Counted from the first letter of the whole stretch, positions 1-12,959 are shown. The stretch: 63,613 nt of DNA, filler included, from Sphacelaria rigidula (GCA_964200075.2; 9 parts of 9 records of this genome joined end to end with filler, not necessarily neighbours in it), one strand, 5' to 3'. Translations and numbers: made by a program. Notes: generated by a model not told the origin, from the letters alone.

Positions 1-203
1 GCACACACCCGGACCGAATTTCGAAGCTCGATTACTCCGTGACGAAGAGGGTGCCAACACCAAACGACGCGTTTTCGGACAGCTATCGACGAGATCTTTT
101 CAGCGCCACCCTTTTCAGAACCGATGCTCTTCTTGTTGTGGAGTGATCGAGCTTTGGAATTCGGTCCAGGGGATGTGCGATGACTCGCACAATAACGGTA
201 ATT

Positions 204-788
204 CTCCACCTTCCTCCTTCTGCGGTGCTTGCCTTATTTATTTCGCGAGAGGGCTTCAGCAGTCCCTTCCCCTCGTCGACCGTTGCACACGCGGCCGTTT
301 GGCTACCCCCAAAATTCCTCTAGGTCGGTGAACTTTTCGAGCCTCAAGAGGAATTAAACGCCTGCGGAGGGGGTGCGCGGCCCTCCAGAGTTTTTTTTTG
401 TTTTCTCCAGAGGGATTACGCGCGTGCGGAGGCTTGTTTTCCCTCTGGAGCGCCGCCCATCTCTCCAATGGCATTTTGCTACCCGACCATTCCTCCGGAG
501 GGGTGCGCGGCCCTCCACGTTGGTAGTGTTTGTTTTCCCCCATAGATATTGAAGGCTTCCGGGGGCTTGTTTTGCCACTGGAGGCCCGCGCATCCCTCCG
601 GAGGCATTTGGTGGGGTAGCCGAATGGACGCGTGTGATGGGTTGAATTCTGTGTACCCACGACGTCGTCGCTCTTCGCACTGTTGGGCATTATGTGAGAA
701 AAAATCCAAGATCGCTCCGATATACGAACCCACGACTCAGCCATCAGAAGGTTTCGAGATTACCAACTGAGCCACCGGGACGACCGGC
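204..788 (-). mobile_element. tRNA-derived SINE, interrupted by a MITE at 286-636
   Basis: Reverse complement of the SINE at 25430-25787. The A-box TGGCTCAGTTGG and B-box GGTTCGTAT lie on the minus strand within ~710-788. The body is collinear once 286-636 is removed. Confidence 0.8.
286..636. mobile_element. Non-autonomous TIR element with CACAC...GTGTG termini (CACTA/CMC-like)
   Basis: ~35-bp TIRs CACACGCGGCCGTTTGGCTACCCCCAAAATTCCTC / GAGGCATTTGGTGGGGTAGCCGAATGGACGCGTGTG and internal GGAGGGG(G)TGCGCGGCCCTCCA repeats. It splits a SINE. Confidence 0.8.
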
Positions 789-883
789 TCATAGGTATAT
801 ACCTTATTTTGTCTTATTCTGTCCCCTATTAGGTCCAACCCGTACTCCAATTTGACCATTATCGACCTTCCACAGCCGCCGTC

Positions 884-1139
884 GAGTGATGCTACGGTAG
901 GGATCCACAAATATTTTCTGAGGTTGGGATTGTAAGGAGCCTCTATCTCATCCAAAACATGACCTATGAAACATGTGAGAGTACGCCAAGATTAACATTC
1001 CAATGTTACAGGGCTATATCGCGAATGAATTTGCAAACGGGGATGCCCTGACCCGTAGTCGTGTGCATTTAGAACCGTTAGGAGCCCATGAGCAGACAAG
1101 ATTTTGCGCAGAAAGTGTACCCCTACCGTAGCATTGCTC
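884..1139. mobile_element. MITE with GAG...CTC termini (possibly Sola-like); longer relative at 44025-44473
   Basis: TIR GAGTGATGCTACGGTAGGG / CCCTACCGTAGCATTGCTC with an imperfect 4-bp flank duplication CGTC/CGCC. It interrupts one arm of the host palindrome. Confidence 0.7.
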
Positions 1140-1202
1140 CGCCCGACCCACCGCACTGCAAAAAAATGAATGGTCGAAGAACTTCTTCAACCCTCATTGT
1201 TA

Positions 1203-1684
1203 GACCGGATGCCATGGCACACAGATTTTTGGCCCACGGGTTGTTCATTTTTGGGACGTTTGAGACACTCTTTGACCCCCAAACAGGAAAAATCGCCAAC
1301 ACACGTCTTGGACACTTTGCATCACCCCACCGAGAGGAGCCTACCTCATTTTTCAGATTCGCTTGGCTCTAAGGTTTCGAGCGCGGCCGCTGAACAATAA
1401 TTCGTGTGCAATAAAATCTACGGCGATCTCCACAGAGTATTGGGCAAACTGGCGGGGATCGGCAAGCACAGATTATTGCACACGAATTATTGTTCAGCAG
1501 CCAATCTCGAAACCTTGGAGCCAAGCGAATATGAAAAGTAGGTTAGGCTCCTCTCTGTGGGGGGATGCAAAGTGTCCGAGACGTCTGTTGGCGATTTTCC
1601 CTGTTTGGGGGTCAAAAAGTGAGTCAAACGTCCCAAAAGTGAACGATCCGTGGGCCACAAATCTGTTTGCCATGACATCCGGCC
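1203..1684. mobile_element. Palindromic PIF/Harbinger (Tourist-like) MITE
   Basis: ~210-bp inverted arms (1203-1413 vs 1473-1684), termini G(A/G)CCGGATG...CATCCGGCC, and TTA duplicated at 1200-1202 and 1685-1687. Confidence 0.85.
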
Positions 1685-1884
1685 TTACCACCTCTTATTT
1701 CCACGGCCTGGAGAGTCAAGACCCCACCGTCGGTGATACTTCCATCCCCAACCAATAAACGAGATCCCTGCAGAGTGATTGACACACCGCACGACCGTTT
1801 AGCGCGCGCTCCCGCGAACGGCACTAGTTACGAAATACGGAACATAACGCAAACAGCATAATAACAACAGCCTGTAAAACATGT

Positions 1885-2253
1885 CACACACGGCCATTTG
1901 GCTATCCCCCCAAATGCCTCCACACGAAAGTTGATCACTCCCGAGGGGTCATGTTTGTCCGTGAAGGTGTTTAATCCCTCTGCAGGGGTCAAAATTGACC
2001 CCTCCAGCGGGGTTGAACACCGCTGGAGGAGGTCGTGACCTCTAGAGGAAGTAGTGACCTCTAGAATGACTCCATCTCCCTCTCTTGAGAGTGACTTTGT
2101 GTGAGTCACTCTTCTATAGCGGTGTTGAATCTCTCTGAAGGTGTAACTATTCAGCCTTCAGAGCAGTTATACGCCTCCAGGGCCCTTTCTCCCTATAGAG
2201 GGGTCAATTATCGTGGGGAGGGATTTTGGGGGATAGCCAAATGGTCGCGTGTG
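1885..2253. mobile_element. Second CACAC-TIR element: same TIR family as 286-636 with a different interior
   Basis: CACACACGGCCATTTGGCTATCCCCCCAAA ... TTTTGGGGGATAGCCAAATGGTCGCGTGTG. Confidence 0.8.
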
Positions 2254-2699
2254 CACGGAACAAAACGCAAACGGCACAACAACTTGATCCGTAGTTTTGC
2301 AACTTGTGCCGTTTGAGCAAGCGCGCCCTCAACGGTCGTGCGGTGTGTCAATCACGCAGGAGGGATCTCGTTCATTGCTTGGGGATGAAAATCACCGACG
2401 GCGGGGTCTTGAGTCTCCAGGCCGTGGAAAGAGGTAGTAACAAGAAGCGTTGGAAAAGTTCTTCGACCATTCGATTTCTTTGCCACGCGGTGGGTTGGAC
2501 GGCGGCCGTGGAAGATCGATAGTGGTCAAATTGGGGTACGGGTTGGACCTAGTAGGGGACATAATAAGACACAATGGGGTACAATATACACTTGGTAGTT
2601 TTGGTGGGTATACCTACCCCCATTGTTGGACGGAAGGAAAGTAATGAGCACGCGTCCGCAGCAGACAGTGTACAAGATGACTGCCCAATTCTAGATGAA

Positions 2700-5600
2700 G
2701 GGGGCAATGAGGTGTGGTTAGCGGATAGCGGAGCACCATGCCACATGACTCCATCGAAGGAGAAGATGTGTGATTACGAGCCTTGCAGGGGTGTATCGGT
2801 TACTGTAGCAAACAGCCATATAGTACCAATAGTAGGTTTTGGCAGACTATTGATATCGACGATTGGTGACGATGATGATTTAATTTTCAGTATCAGTAAG
2901 GTGTCACATGTCCCGGAGTTGGACGTGAATTTGTTTCCCTGCAGAGTGTGGCAGTGGAACATGATTTGCCGATTAGTGTGACGAAGAGAGGGACTGTGAT
3001 CACTTTGCCTGATGAGAGAAAAGTGTTTTCAAGAAGATAGGACTGATATCATAGTTTTCACTCGATTTTCACAATCAATCACTTCGACGGATCGCAAAGT
3101 TGACCACAGTGAGCTTGCTGTTATCGCTCCTCAAAAGATGCAAATCAACCCAGATCAGGTGGACATCAATCTGTTTCATCAGTCTCATGGCCACCTGCAT
3201 GAGGGCTTGCTGCGGGAAACCGCGAAACAGCAGGGGGTGTCTTTGGTGGGAACGTTGGAGGAGCGCAAGGGGTGTTCCATGGCCAAGGGGCTGCGAAAGC
3301 CCATTCCGACTTCAGCCAATAGTAGAGCAGAAAATCGTTTGAACAAGTCTTCATGGATGCGTCCGGACCAAAGTGAGTTGAGAGTACGGGAGGTATGAAG
3401 TATTTGTTTCCAATGCGGGATGATTATTCGCGGAAACACAAGTCTGACACTACGAGAGCATTCGAGCAGTACCTCGCGGATGTAGGTGCAAAGTGCATTC
3501 CCTCGGTGGTGGAAACTGGAAGGTCGGACGGCGGTGGAGAGTCTACTGGGTCTTTCAGCGACCTGTGTAGGACGCGAGGGATTAGACAGAAGTACACCCC
3601 AGCAGACGGTTCTGAGTATAACGGTGTGGCTGAGCGTGCAATAGCAATGGTTGAGCAGGCCGCTATGGCTACACGAAGAAAAATCAGGCGAAGGTACTGT
3701 ACGATGTCGATGTTCCGGCAAGAATGTGGGCTGAATCGTATCGTTAGGCAGCAGACGCATTATATCGCTCTGCTACCACGGCTTACCCTCTTAAAAAGTC
3801 TCCAGATTAACTATACCATGGTGAAGTACCCCAGGTTGAGCTTGTACCTTTCTTCAAGTCAGGATACGTCAAGTACAAGAGGAGTTCGAAGTGTATGCCA
3901 AAAACACAAGAGTGTTTTTACTTAGAACCTGGTGACAACTACCCTCGTGACTCCATGAGAATGCACATGAGGGGTAGACATGTCATCACCACCCGCAATG
4001 TCACTTGGTGCTGTTTATCCCCCTCAAGCTCGCAAACAGCGATTCCGTTTTCTAGGCGGGGTTGGGAAATCTCGCAGGATGTAAAGAGCAGGGAGGGCGA
4101 TGTCGAGGACTCTGATTCAGGGGAGTTGGACCTCGGAGTGGGGGAAAATGAACAAATGGTGCGGTGTCCGAGGAGCGTGGACGAGATTGCAATGTGCGGT
4201 CGGAACCTGAACAGGGACCACACAACGACGAGGGCGAAAACACAGTGGAACAGCCGCCTGCGTCGCCTACGTCGTTTGCATCGTCTACACCATCTTCCGA
4301 TAGTGATTCGTCGCAAACATCGTCTGCCGGTGGCGGAGATGCCGCGAACCAACAGATTCGGTTGAGCCGACGCTAGGTCGGACCAGGCAACAGACATGAC
4401 TGCTACAGCAACAATGCCAAGAACAGCGACTGCATCAACATGTTCCTGACCTACAGCATCTAGAAGGCGATCATAGTGCGTTGTGGGTATCGACGGAGGA
4501 TTTGTGGGGCGCCGACAGGATACTGGCATTCCTGGGCGACACGGACGTCCCAAGAAAAACGGGGGAGTCTGAGTTGGAGGTTATTCCATCTCTTGATGAG
4601 ATAGAGGTAGCACCAAAGACGGTAAAGGATATATACAGCTCTCTGTTCAAGAGAGTGTGGACTGATGCAAAGAAGAGAAAGGTGGAAGGATTGGAATGTA
4701 TTAACACCTGGACAGTTGTAGACTCACCGCCAGTAGCAGACAGATCAATATATTTTGAGTGGGTTTTTCAGTGTAAGACTGATGAGGATGGTAATGGGAT
4801 AAAGGCAGAAGCTCGACTGGTGTTTGGGGGTGATTGTCAAGAGATTGGCGATATTTCAACATTTTCGCCTACCCTTTCCTCAACAACCAACATCATAGTA
4901 GCCGCGGCGGTAGCTTGCGCGAAAAATCTTGTTTCACTTTGACGTTGAGCAAGCTTTCGTACAATCTGAGCTGAATGATGAATTGTACATACGGTTGCCA
5001 CGAGGTCTAGGTGGACGGTCAGGCACTGTCGTACACCCAAGGAAATTTTGTATGGGATTCGAAAATCGGCTAGAGAATGGTTTGGTAAGCTGGGGAAAAC
5101 TCTGAAAAATCTGGGCTTCGACCAGAGTCTGGTCGACCCGTGCATCTAAAGGTTGATGGACGGGGAGGAGCTTAGGGTTCTGATTGTGGTGCATGTCGAT
5201 GACATGTTCGTGGTGGGTGATGAGGTTGTGTGTAACAAGTTGGCTGCACATCTCAACTGTCACTTTCCGACGAAAAATTTCGGAGAACTGGTGTTGTATG
5301 CGGGGTACGAGCATAGGCACGACCTCGAGAAGAGTACCCTGAAGTTGTCACAGACTGCATATATTCAATACATTCTAGACGGGTTTTCCATCACTAGGAC
5401 CGCAGAGACCTCCGCACACGTTTCACTTTATTTCAAGGTCGATGGGAGAAAAGACTTCAGAGGGAGGTATCGCGAGGCGGTAGGATCGCTGATCTGGCTC
5501 TCCAGCAACACTCGCCCGGACATCGCCGATGCCGTGAGAGCTTCGTCCAGGCACAACGAGAACCCGACAGCAGAAGACTAGCGCAAAGTGTTGAGGATTT

Positions 5601-6130
5601 TTGAATACCTGGGGACTACAGTAGATTTAGGAATTACGTATGTTAGGGTTTCGAGCGACGAGTTGGTAGCGGATGCGGATGCTGACTACGCAAAATTCGA
5701 CGATCGGCGTTCAGTGTCGGGAGGGGCAATATTTTCTGTGGGGCTGTGGTTGGATTTTTCTCTCGGACTCAGAAGAATGTAACGTTGTCTACGACTCAGG
5801 CTGAGTATGTAGCGATGGGGGATGCGGTCAATGATGCTCTTTTAATGAAGGCGGCACTGAAATTCATGCAACCGCAGAGGAAGGAGTTTTGCACTTCGGT
5901 GACAGTATACGATGACAATTAGGGAGCTATTCAGCTTGCGAATAATCCGCGAAGCTCCCACAACAGTAAGCATACAGATATACGTCATCACGTTTTGAGA
6001 GAGTTGGTGTCTGAGCAGGCCATTCGAGTGGAATGTGTCCCCACAGCTAATCAACATGCTGATGTGGTGATGAAACCGTTACCTGTGGATGGTTTCCGGT
6101 ACCACAGGAATGTTTCGATGAACATCAAGC
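2700..6130 (+). pseudogene. copia pol pseudogene (protease, GAG-pre-integrase, integrase, RT, RNase H)
   Basis: Motifs WLADSGAPCHMT, HQSHGHL, SDGGGE...NGVAERAI, ARLV, VHVDD, YREAVGSLIWL..TRPDIA, DADYA..DDRRSVSG and NQHADV, broken by many stops and frameshifts. Confidence 0.92.
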
Positions 6131-6440
6131 AACTTAGACGACTTCATCGGCTGAGGTATGAGTCTCGGACTTTATACGGGTTATATGTCAAGCTATGAAC
6201 GGTTTGATTGAGATGCCGCCGCGAGGTTTAACTTCATGTGTCCGATTAGGGGTAAAGTGCATTCTCATGAGATCCGTGTCATAATCGAGGCTGGGCTATA
6301 TTTCGGTTTTGACTTGGATGCGACTTGTGTTCGTGGGAAACATTTTTTTTGGGTTTGAAGTTTGCAGTGTTCCACCAATTTCTGTGAGTGCATTTTTTTT
6401 TATATGTGTTCGAGATCCCAATTTGCAAAATTAGGGAGGG

Positions 6441-6820
6441 TGTTGATCATGCGATAATTTGACTCCTTGGGAACAGCGTGAGATGCAAGAGCGTAAGATC
6501 CAGTATATTGTTCTGAGATTGTTTGTAGAAAGTGCGGCTGATTACCCGACGGTACGGACTGGTTCTGGGAACGATGTTGTTCTTATTTTCCTTCTCAAAG
6601 TGACAGGGAACAAACGTAGAGTCGGTGGTTGATGGCGTGGGTCTCAAATCCATCGACATGTGGTTGATCGTAGAGCACTCTCGTCCCAGCTTGTAATGCA
6701 TGACCACCTCACATCGGAATAATTCTGGAAAGCTACTCGTAGTGTACCGAGATGTTCGCGCGACCAGCGTGTGCTCCAGATTACAACATGGACGGACTCC
6801 TATGCGCCACCCTAGCAACA
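6441..6820 (+). repeat. 3' LTR of the copia element
   Basis: Begins TGTTG directly after the PPT and ends CAACA. Confidence 0.7.
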
Positions 6821-6980
6821 GTCAGGTCACCACCATAGGTATATTTTTTGACTGCGCATGTCAAAAAGGTCTCTACAAGTGTTTGATCTCTCATACACCC
6901 CCCTCTACTGGCGTGTGACAGGCTGTTCTCGTCGGGCACCCAGAGGGTCAGATGTGGGTAAACTCAATTATCAATAACAC

Positions 6981-7080
6981 NNNNNNNNNNNNNNNNNNNN
7001 NNNNNNNNNNNNNNNNNNNNNNNNTTAATTAATTAANNNNNNNNNNNNNNNNNNNNNNNNNNNNNNNNNNNNNNNNNNNN
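6981..7080. other. Artificial contig linker N44-TTAATTAATTAA-N44; identical linkers at 14061-14160, 21141-21240, 28221-28320, 35300-35399, 42379-42478, 49458-49557 and 56536-56635
   Basis: Each is an identical 100-bp spacer with stops in all six frames. The segments between them decrease monotonically from 6980 to 6978 bp. Confidence 0.97.
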
Positions 7081-7137
7081 CAGATATGCCACTTCAACCC
7101 CATATTTTGTATGAACCCCAAAATATAAAATCGGCTG
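7081..7137. repeat. End of a repeat (probable TIR ...AAAATCGGCTG) at a contig end
   Basis: Near-identical reverse complement at 56479-56535, and a related end at ~56672-56700. Confidence 0.7.
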
Positions 7138-8869
7138 CTATTTTATAATATATAGCCAAACAATCGGCGGAAAATACTCGGAACCAATTAAAATCCAATC
7201 GTTGGGGTCCGGAGCGCAACCATTTTTCATATTCAAGGAAAAAAGTGACGATGGTGAGCATCCAATCTTTGGGAAAGGTACCCGACCGGTCGGGTAATCT
7301 CTTATTGTACATCATAATCGGGGTGACTTCGTGATGACATGGCGGTTTCACGATTTTACCTGTTGGATGGCTGTCGATAGAGTATGGTTGATTTGTTCGA
7401 GCAATTGGTACTACAGTCACTTTGACGATGTCAAAATCTGTAATTTGAACGAGTGCACTTAGAAGATTTGCAATCAGGTGACATAAGCCTTGCAACTAGC
7501 ATTGGGAGCATAGACTGGGATGTCACTTATGATTGTCAAGGAAGCGGGCGATGGACGGAGGCTAGTTAACCAGGGAAAATTAAGTGTGCACCCCGGTGCA
7601 CCATCGATCTTCATGTGCACCCTGGGATGATGGCAAAAACACGTGCGGCTAGTTAGCGCCGCATGACCACAACCCTGACCGTGGTGCAACTTGGGTCAAA
7701 TTATTTCAATTCGAGCCAGCACAACCAACGCAGAATACAGTAGTAGTACAACAATAACATGATATCGCACTCTCTCTCATCTCTCACTACTCGTCGCGCG
7801 GTCGAGTCTGCTGGACTTCCCACTGCCAGCTCGAAAACGAAAAAGTACTCTGTATTAATCATTTCAAAGCTCAAAATTCTCTGCTCGCTCATCTCCATCC
7901 TCCATCCATGTATGATGCACACCGACATACTATGAAGGGGGAAAATCTCAAGACAACATCGATTCGCGATGCTGTCACCAACTGATGGTCGCACCACACC
8001 CGTCTCCCGGATCTCATAAACCTCGACTTCAACCCAGACACCATTATTGTCACTTCATCGTGGATGCACCTGTCCTTGTGCCTTACTGCTTCTCCCACAC
8101 TGAACTGACTCACTGGGTTCATCACACAGGTAATCTTGCATGTCAATGTGTTCTGAAATGGCTTCTAGATACTGCAACCACTATAAACATCTGGGAAAGT
8201 TCTTCCCGCTTCTGCACAAAACATCGATTCTTCCCTGACACAGAATCGAGCCTTTATTGCAAACATCGAATTGGCCAAAGAGGCGTTTATTAGTTCATCC
8301 GCTTTTTTAGGGTCACGGAGGAACAGTAAAATAGTCAGCCCCCTTTTTATTGTTTCAGTCGCTTTTTGAGGGTCACGGAGGAACAGTTGAACAGTCAGCC
8401 CCAAGCGTTCACTTCGCGGGAAAGTCCACGGATAGTCAAGACAAGGAAACGCAAATCAGCGTAGGTTGGAGACACAAAAGGTGGATGGAAAGAGCATAGA
8501 AGGAGTCGGGCCAGTTCGACAGGGACCAACAAGTTTTATCGATTAGGTGCGACTTTTTCCCGCCCACCCATCCGTTTTCTTTCGAAGGTGGAAGGGAAGG
8601 GAGAGGGATTGCATGATATAAGGTGAAGGAATGGTAGAGTACCATTTGGGGACTTGGTCGTTTGAGATCTTCACGTACATTAGGAGCGTTTATGTGTCCC
8701 CCTGGTTGTTCTAACGGAGAGAGAGAGACAGTTTTCATGAGCAGAGACACGACAGTCTATGGCAGAAGGGTTTAGAGATCGTCCCCTGCAAGCCGTCGTC
8801 GTCTCTCTCTCTTGCCTTCGGGCCCGAAAATATGAATGAAAAAGGCAATTCGAAAGAAAAGCAATGAAG

Positions 8870-9002
8870 GGTAGTGTTGGGGTTGGGGTCTGGGGCTTGG
8901 TCCCTGCAGGGACTGGCTCGAAAGGTTTCGGAAAGCGTCGATCCTGAGGTGTTTGAACTACGATGCGGTCCCCTGAACACGCGGTCCTCCCACGCATTAC
9001 AC
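8870..9002. mobile_element. Partial copy of the TGTAATG...CATTACA MITE family
   Basis: Reverse-complement match to 18624-18760. Ends GCGGTCCTCCCACGCATTACA. Confidence 0.7.
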
Positions 9003-11856
9003 CCCTACCGTAACGTGGCTCACGGTGTTACAGGTAAAGAAGAGCACACACAGAACACAACATCGATCAAGCAAGAGCGAATGAAAAACTAGTATAGACT
9101 CCATATCCCACGAAAACATCGCCATATGTATACTGGCCGGTCGATAACACAGAGGGTATGGAGAATGGGGTCGGAGTTTTAAATGGGGCTGAATCCACCT
9201 CCCGAAAATTCACGTTTTCCCCGGAATATTTTTGCGACAATAACCAACTTGGGACTTTATTTTTCTATTAAAACTTCCCCTAACTTGCCTTGACGCGTAT
9301 TGCTGCTCCGGAGTCGAAAGCCAAATGTATAGTATCTCCTCTCGTATATTCGCAACAGATTTCACCTGATGGACGGAGGAGCTTTCGTCAGTTTTCTGCG
9401 TCTATCAAAATGAGTGTTCCAGGTTTTTTTAACGTCTCTCGGAATGATAAGAAAGGAGATGACGCTTCCACGAGAAGCGAAGCGCCGCCGTTGTTGCCTA
9501 GGAAGGTATGTGTGCTTGCCGGAAATATTTTACAAATGTAAAAAAAAGAGGGCTCTTGCTATTTATGTCAGCATTGACGTAATCTGTTACATCCGTCAGC
9601 TTTCAGCATCCGTCCCACAAGCCCCGCATGGACACAGAAACTCATGAAAAACACCCACACAGTCTCTAGCTATCGTTCAAGCCATCGCACGGAGAAAACA
9701 GACCCGCAGCGGATGAGATACATGCTTATGGCAGAGTGAGCACCGCACCCCATCCAGTGCAGATGTCACAGCACCGTACCCCAAGCCGTGTAGGATTTCA
9801 AAGAATCGAAGTCTCACCTGCCTCATAAGGACGCAGTAACCAATTGTGTACACTTGGGAAGTCCTTCCCTGTCGTTCGACCCATTATACGCAGCGAACAG
9901 CTTCGTAGCTGTGTTAACAGAGCCCTCGCTGCACGATGCAGCTGCCCACAAGATCGCCGAGTATCCATATCCCAGACCGCGGGTACTGACGAGATTCTAT
10001 CCCGGTATGACAGACATCTGGATGGTTTATCACCACCATCAGACCGTGTGGACGCCGAGACACTCGTTGCCTACGACGCAAGTTGATACGGAACGTATCG
10101 GGACACCAAAAACATCCCCGGCGGCGAAGCTGTGGACAAGATGGAACGCTTCACCGTAGATCCAGCTGTAAAGTCACTGGCGGAGTGCAAGGATGTGCTG
10201 TCTTTTGTTGCCCGTCCCCCAGAGTTGGGATCAAGGCATGGTCTACGCGTGGATTGCGCCAAGCTGGTGGAGGCGAAGAGGTGGGCCTGGAAGCAGGAAA
10301 ACCCCATCAGCGGCGAAGTCCTAGGAGACTCATACTAGGTATACATCGTATGGATGCGTCTCACTCAAGATAATGTATCTCCGTATCTCCGTCATGGTCG
10401 TGGGATGCACATAAACTTGACATCACGAGACGAAATCACAACCGTCACTGAATTATTGTCATGGTTCGATACTCACCACCTAGGTAGGAAGATGCCGGTT
10501 CAGTGGGCACCGGGGGCTGGCGGGCCCAAACACAATCATTAGTATCGAAGCCGTTGAGCTCGATTTTACCAAGTGTAGAGTCAGCCACCGCACCAGTGGT
10601 CAGGTGGCATGCCGTGGTCGCCGGAGGCAGCACAACATATGTTTAATGGAGGACAGGCTTACATTTATGAAGACCAGAGCATCCTCTGATACCGCAGTCC
10701 GTGATGGCGTAGATGCTGTAGTATTATTGGCGTACAGTCTAAGTTGTGCTTTGCTAGTGGAGATGCACTGTCCGAAACGGTGTGACACCCGACGGGAGAC
10801 ATATTAAATCCACTACAAAATATAGTATGACCCATCAGTACCAAGCATGACAAAGTATGACACATGGAACCTAGTCGACTGGAAAATGAAAAATAAATCT
10901 GTAACATCCCCCAAGCCTTATTTATATGTCCAAACACAAATTTATTGGAGGGCTGGAAGGGCAAGAACAAAAATAAAGCTTGTGCATCATACGCCTGAAT
11001 GTAAAACGAGAAAAACCTGCTGAACTTTAGTACAGGGAAAAACTCGTTGCAGATCTAATGAATAGGTAAACCCTGACAAGTAGGGGTGACTCCATCCGTT
11101 AAGGAAGGAAAAAATCTATAACGCCCTTTCCAACGACAGAAGCAGCAGACAAGTACGGTCGCTGTCGTTTACTCGGGATCTCAGTTAGACTGGAGAACGA
11201 TCGGCTAGCTCAGCGTGATTGCGCGTCGACACCCCGGATCAGTTGCACTGGATTCTGGGGTAGTGCGGGGCTTGAACCTCGCTAAAAACCTTTCCAAGAA
11301 CTGATCAATAGTTACAGGAGTGCAGCTTTTGAGGGGTGCTCTTCTGTAACTACTGACACCTATTCTGCTGGAAATAGAGCCCACGCGCCTTGGCAAACAC
11401 ATGTGCCCGTATATTACCAAATGGGAAGCAATCACTAACAAAGCGGCACAAGAAAAAGACAAGAACACTCGAAATTCATGACTGAAGCGTACGGTAGCAG
11501 CAATATATAGATACATATTCCCTCATTTCATTACCGTATTCCTCTCGCAATGATATCATATACCACATCACACAACAGCTATTCGTACACGTCCATGGCT
11601 CCAGTCTCCCTTTGGTTCCCCCGTTCCAGCTTGGGGCTCTCGAGTTCCCGGCGAGATAGCTCTTTCCAGTCTCCGTCTTAGTATCGTACTCGCCGAAAGA
11701 AATTCCCATAATCATACACGTGGTGCTCCAGCTCGGCACTGCTATAGCCTTTCCAGGAGGTAGCACCTATGGGCAAAAGCTTCAAGGCATCACTACGTGG
11801 GGAAGCGGGGTGCTTCGAGTGCGATGGTGGGGTCGAAGAAGCTGTGGGGTGATACA

Positions 11857-12335
11857 GGTGCAGAAGGCTCATGACGCAGTATGGGGCAATGGGCTGTGGG
11901 AAAATATATGAGGAACTGTGATCAAAGGAAAGGTGTCGACGACGATGAAGACGACAGAAGTGTGCCAAAAGTGCGATGATGCTAGACAGGGGAATATCGA
12001 AATATTCTGATATTTTGCAAGGAGCCGCACCAGGATGTACGTTATCACCCTCTCTACTCGAGGTATTCTTTGATGACCTGATATTAGCATCAGACATGGC
12101 AAAGCAAGGGGTGAAGTTACTGAAGAAACTGGAAACAGTACAGCTGGCAACAGCTAAAATAATACTCGGATGCAATAAAATTAGTGGGAAAGTTGGGAAC
12201 AGTACAGATTGCAACAGCTCAGAGAATACTTGGATGCAGTGAAGTTGGTGAAGGAGTTGGGAACAGTGCAGATTACCGCAGCTAAGGAAATTACTTGGAT
12301 GCTCGAAACAAATGAGCACGCCCCCCTCCCCCTCT
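11857..12335 (+). mobile_element. Internally deleted fragment of the LINE family at 21241-25400
   Basis: VQKAHDAVWGNGLW, ILQGAAPGCTLSPSLLEVFFDDL and KKLETVQ match the large LINE. Ends ACAAATGAGCACGCCCCCCTCCCCC. Confidence 0.8.
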
Positions 12336-12959
12336 TAAAGTCTTTCCCCTTTTCTCACCCGTCAATGCCTGAAACAACTTAGAGTTCTCGACAATCCAAC
12401 ATGGTGACAGATACAGGCAATGCAGTCCAACACAGGGACAAATTCAGGGGTCAAGTGGAATGTGGGTGTAGCGTTCCAGTTTGGTCCACCCCAAGGTGGG
12501 ACGCAAACACTTCGGGTATGGAGTGTTTCGGATGGGGTGTACTCATAGTGTTTCGGATGGGGTGGGCGGATATGGAAGGAACTTCTTGCCGTTTGAGACA
12601 GTGGTGGTACGTGTGTAGTGTTTACGGCCAGTCCAGAGCTCGAAGGGAAACGTGTCAGACGGTAGCATGGCGTCGGGTCGACGGGTAGGGTACGCTTGCG
12701 CAAGAGTGTGGGTGAAGCGTACTCTCTCTGGGGCCAAGATTTGTACAATTCTGTAACCTTTTCAGCAGCCGTTCTCCTAGGTTCTCGAATCCTGTGTAGC
12801 TGTAGACATAATTATGGCGAAAATAGAACAGACAAGGCATGCTGAATAAAAATATAATAACGAGGTACATTGTACTAAATATACGGAGATAAAGCACAGA
12901 AATGACAAGTGGCGAAGTCTTGCTGCAGTTGTACGGCACATGAGTTTGACAGCAAAAGG

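Larger units (their letters stand above)
802..2579. mobile_element. Long-palindrome MITE with TA flanks (Tc1/mariner-type), host to three nested insertions
   Basis: 802-883 is inverted against ~2499-2579, 1144-1195 against ~2445-2498, and ~1688-1810 against ~2320-2440. TA lies at 800-801 and 2580-2581. Confidence 0.75.
2622..6820 (+). mobile_element. Ty1/copia LTR retrotransposon, 5'-truncated and decayed
   Basis: Domain order PR-INT-RT-RH, a PPT (AGGGAGGG, 6433-6440) and a 3' LTR. No gag or 5' LTR is visible. Confidence 0.93.
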
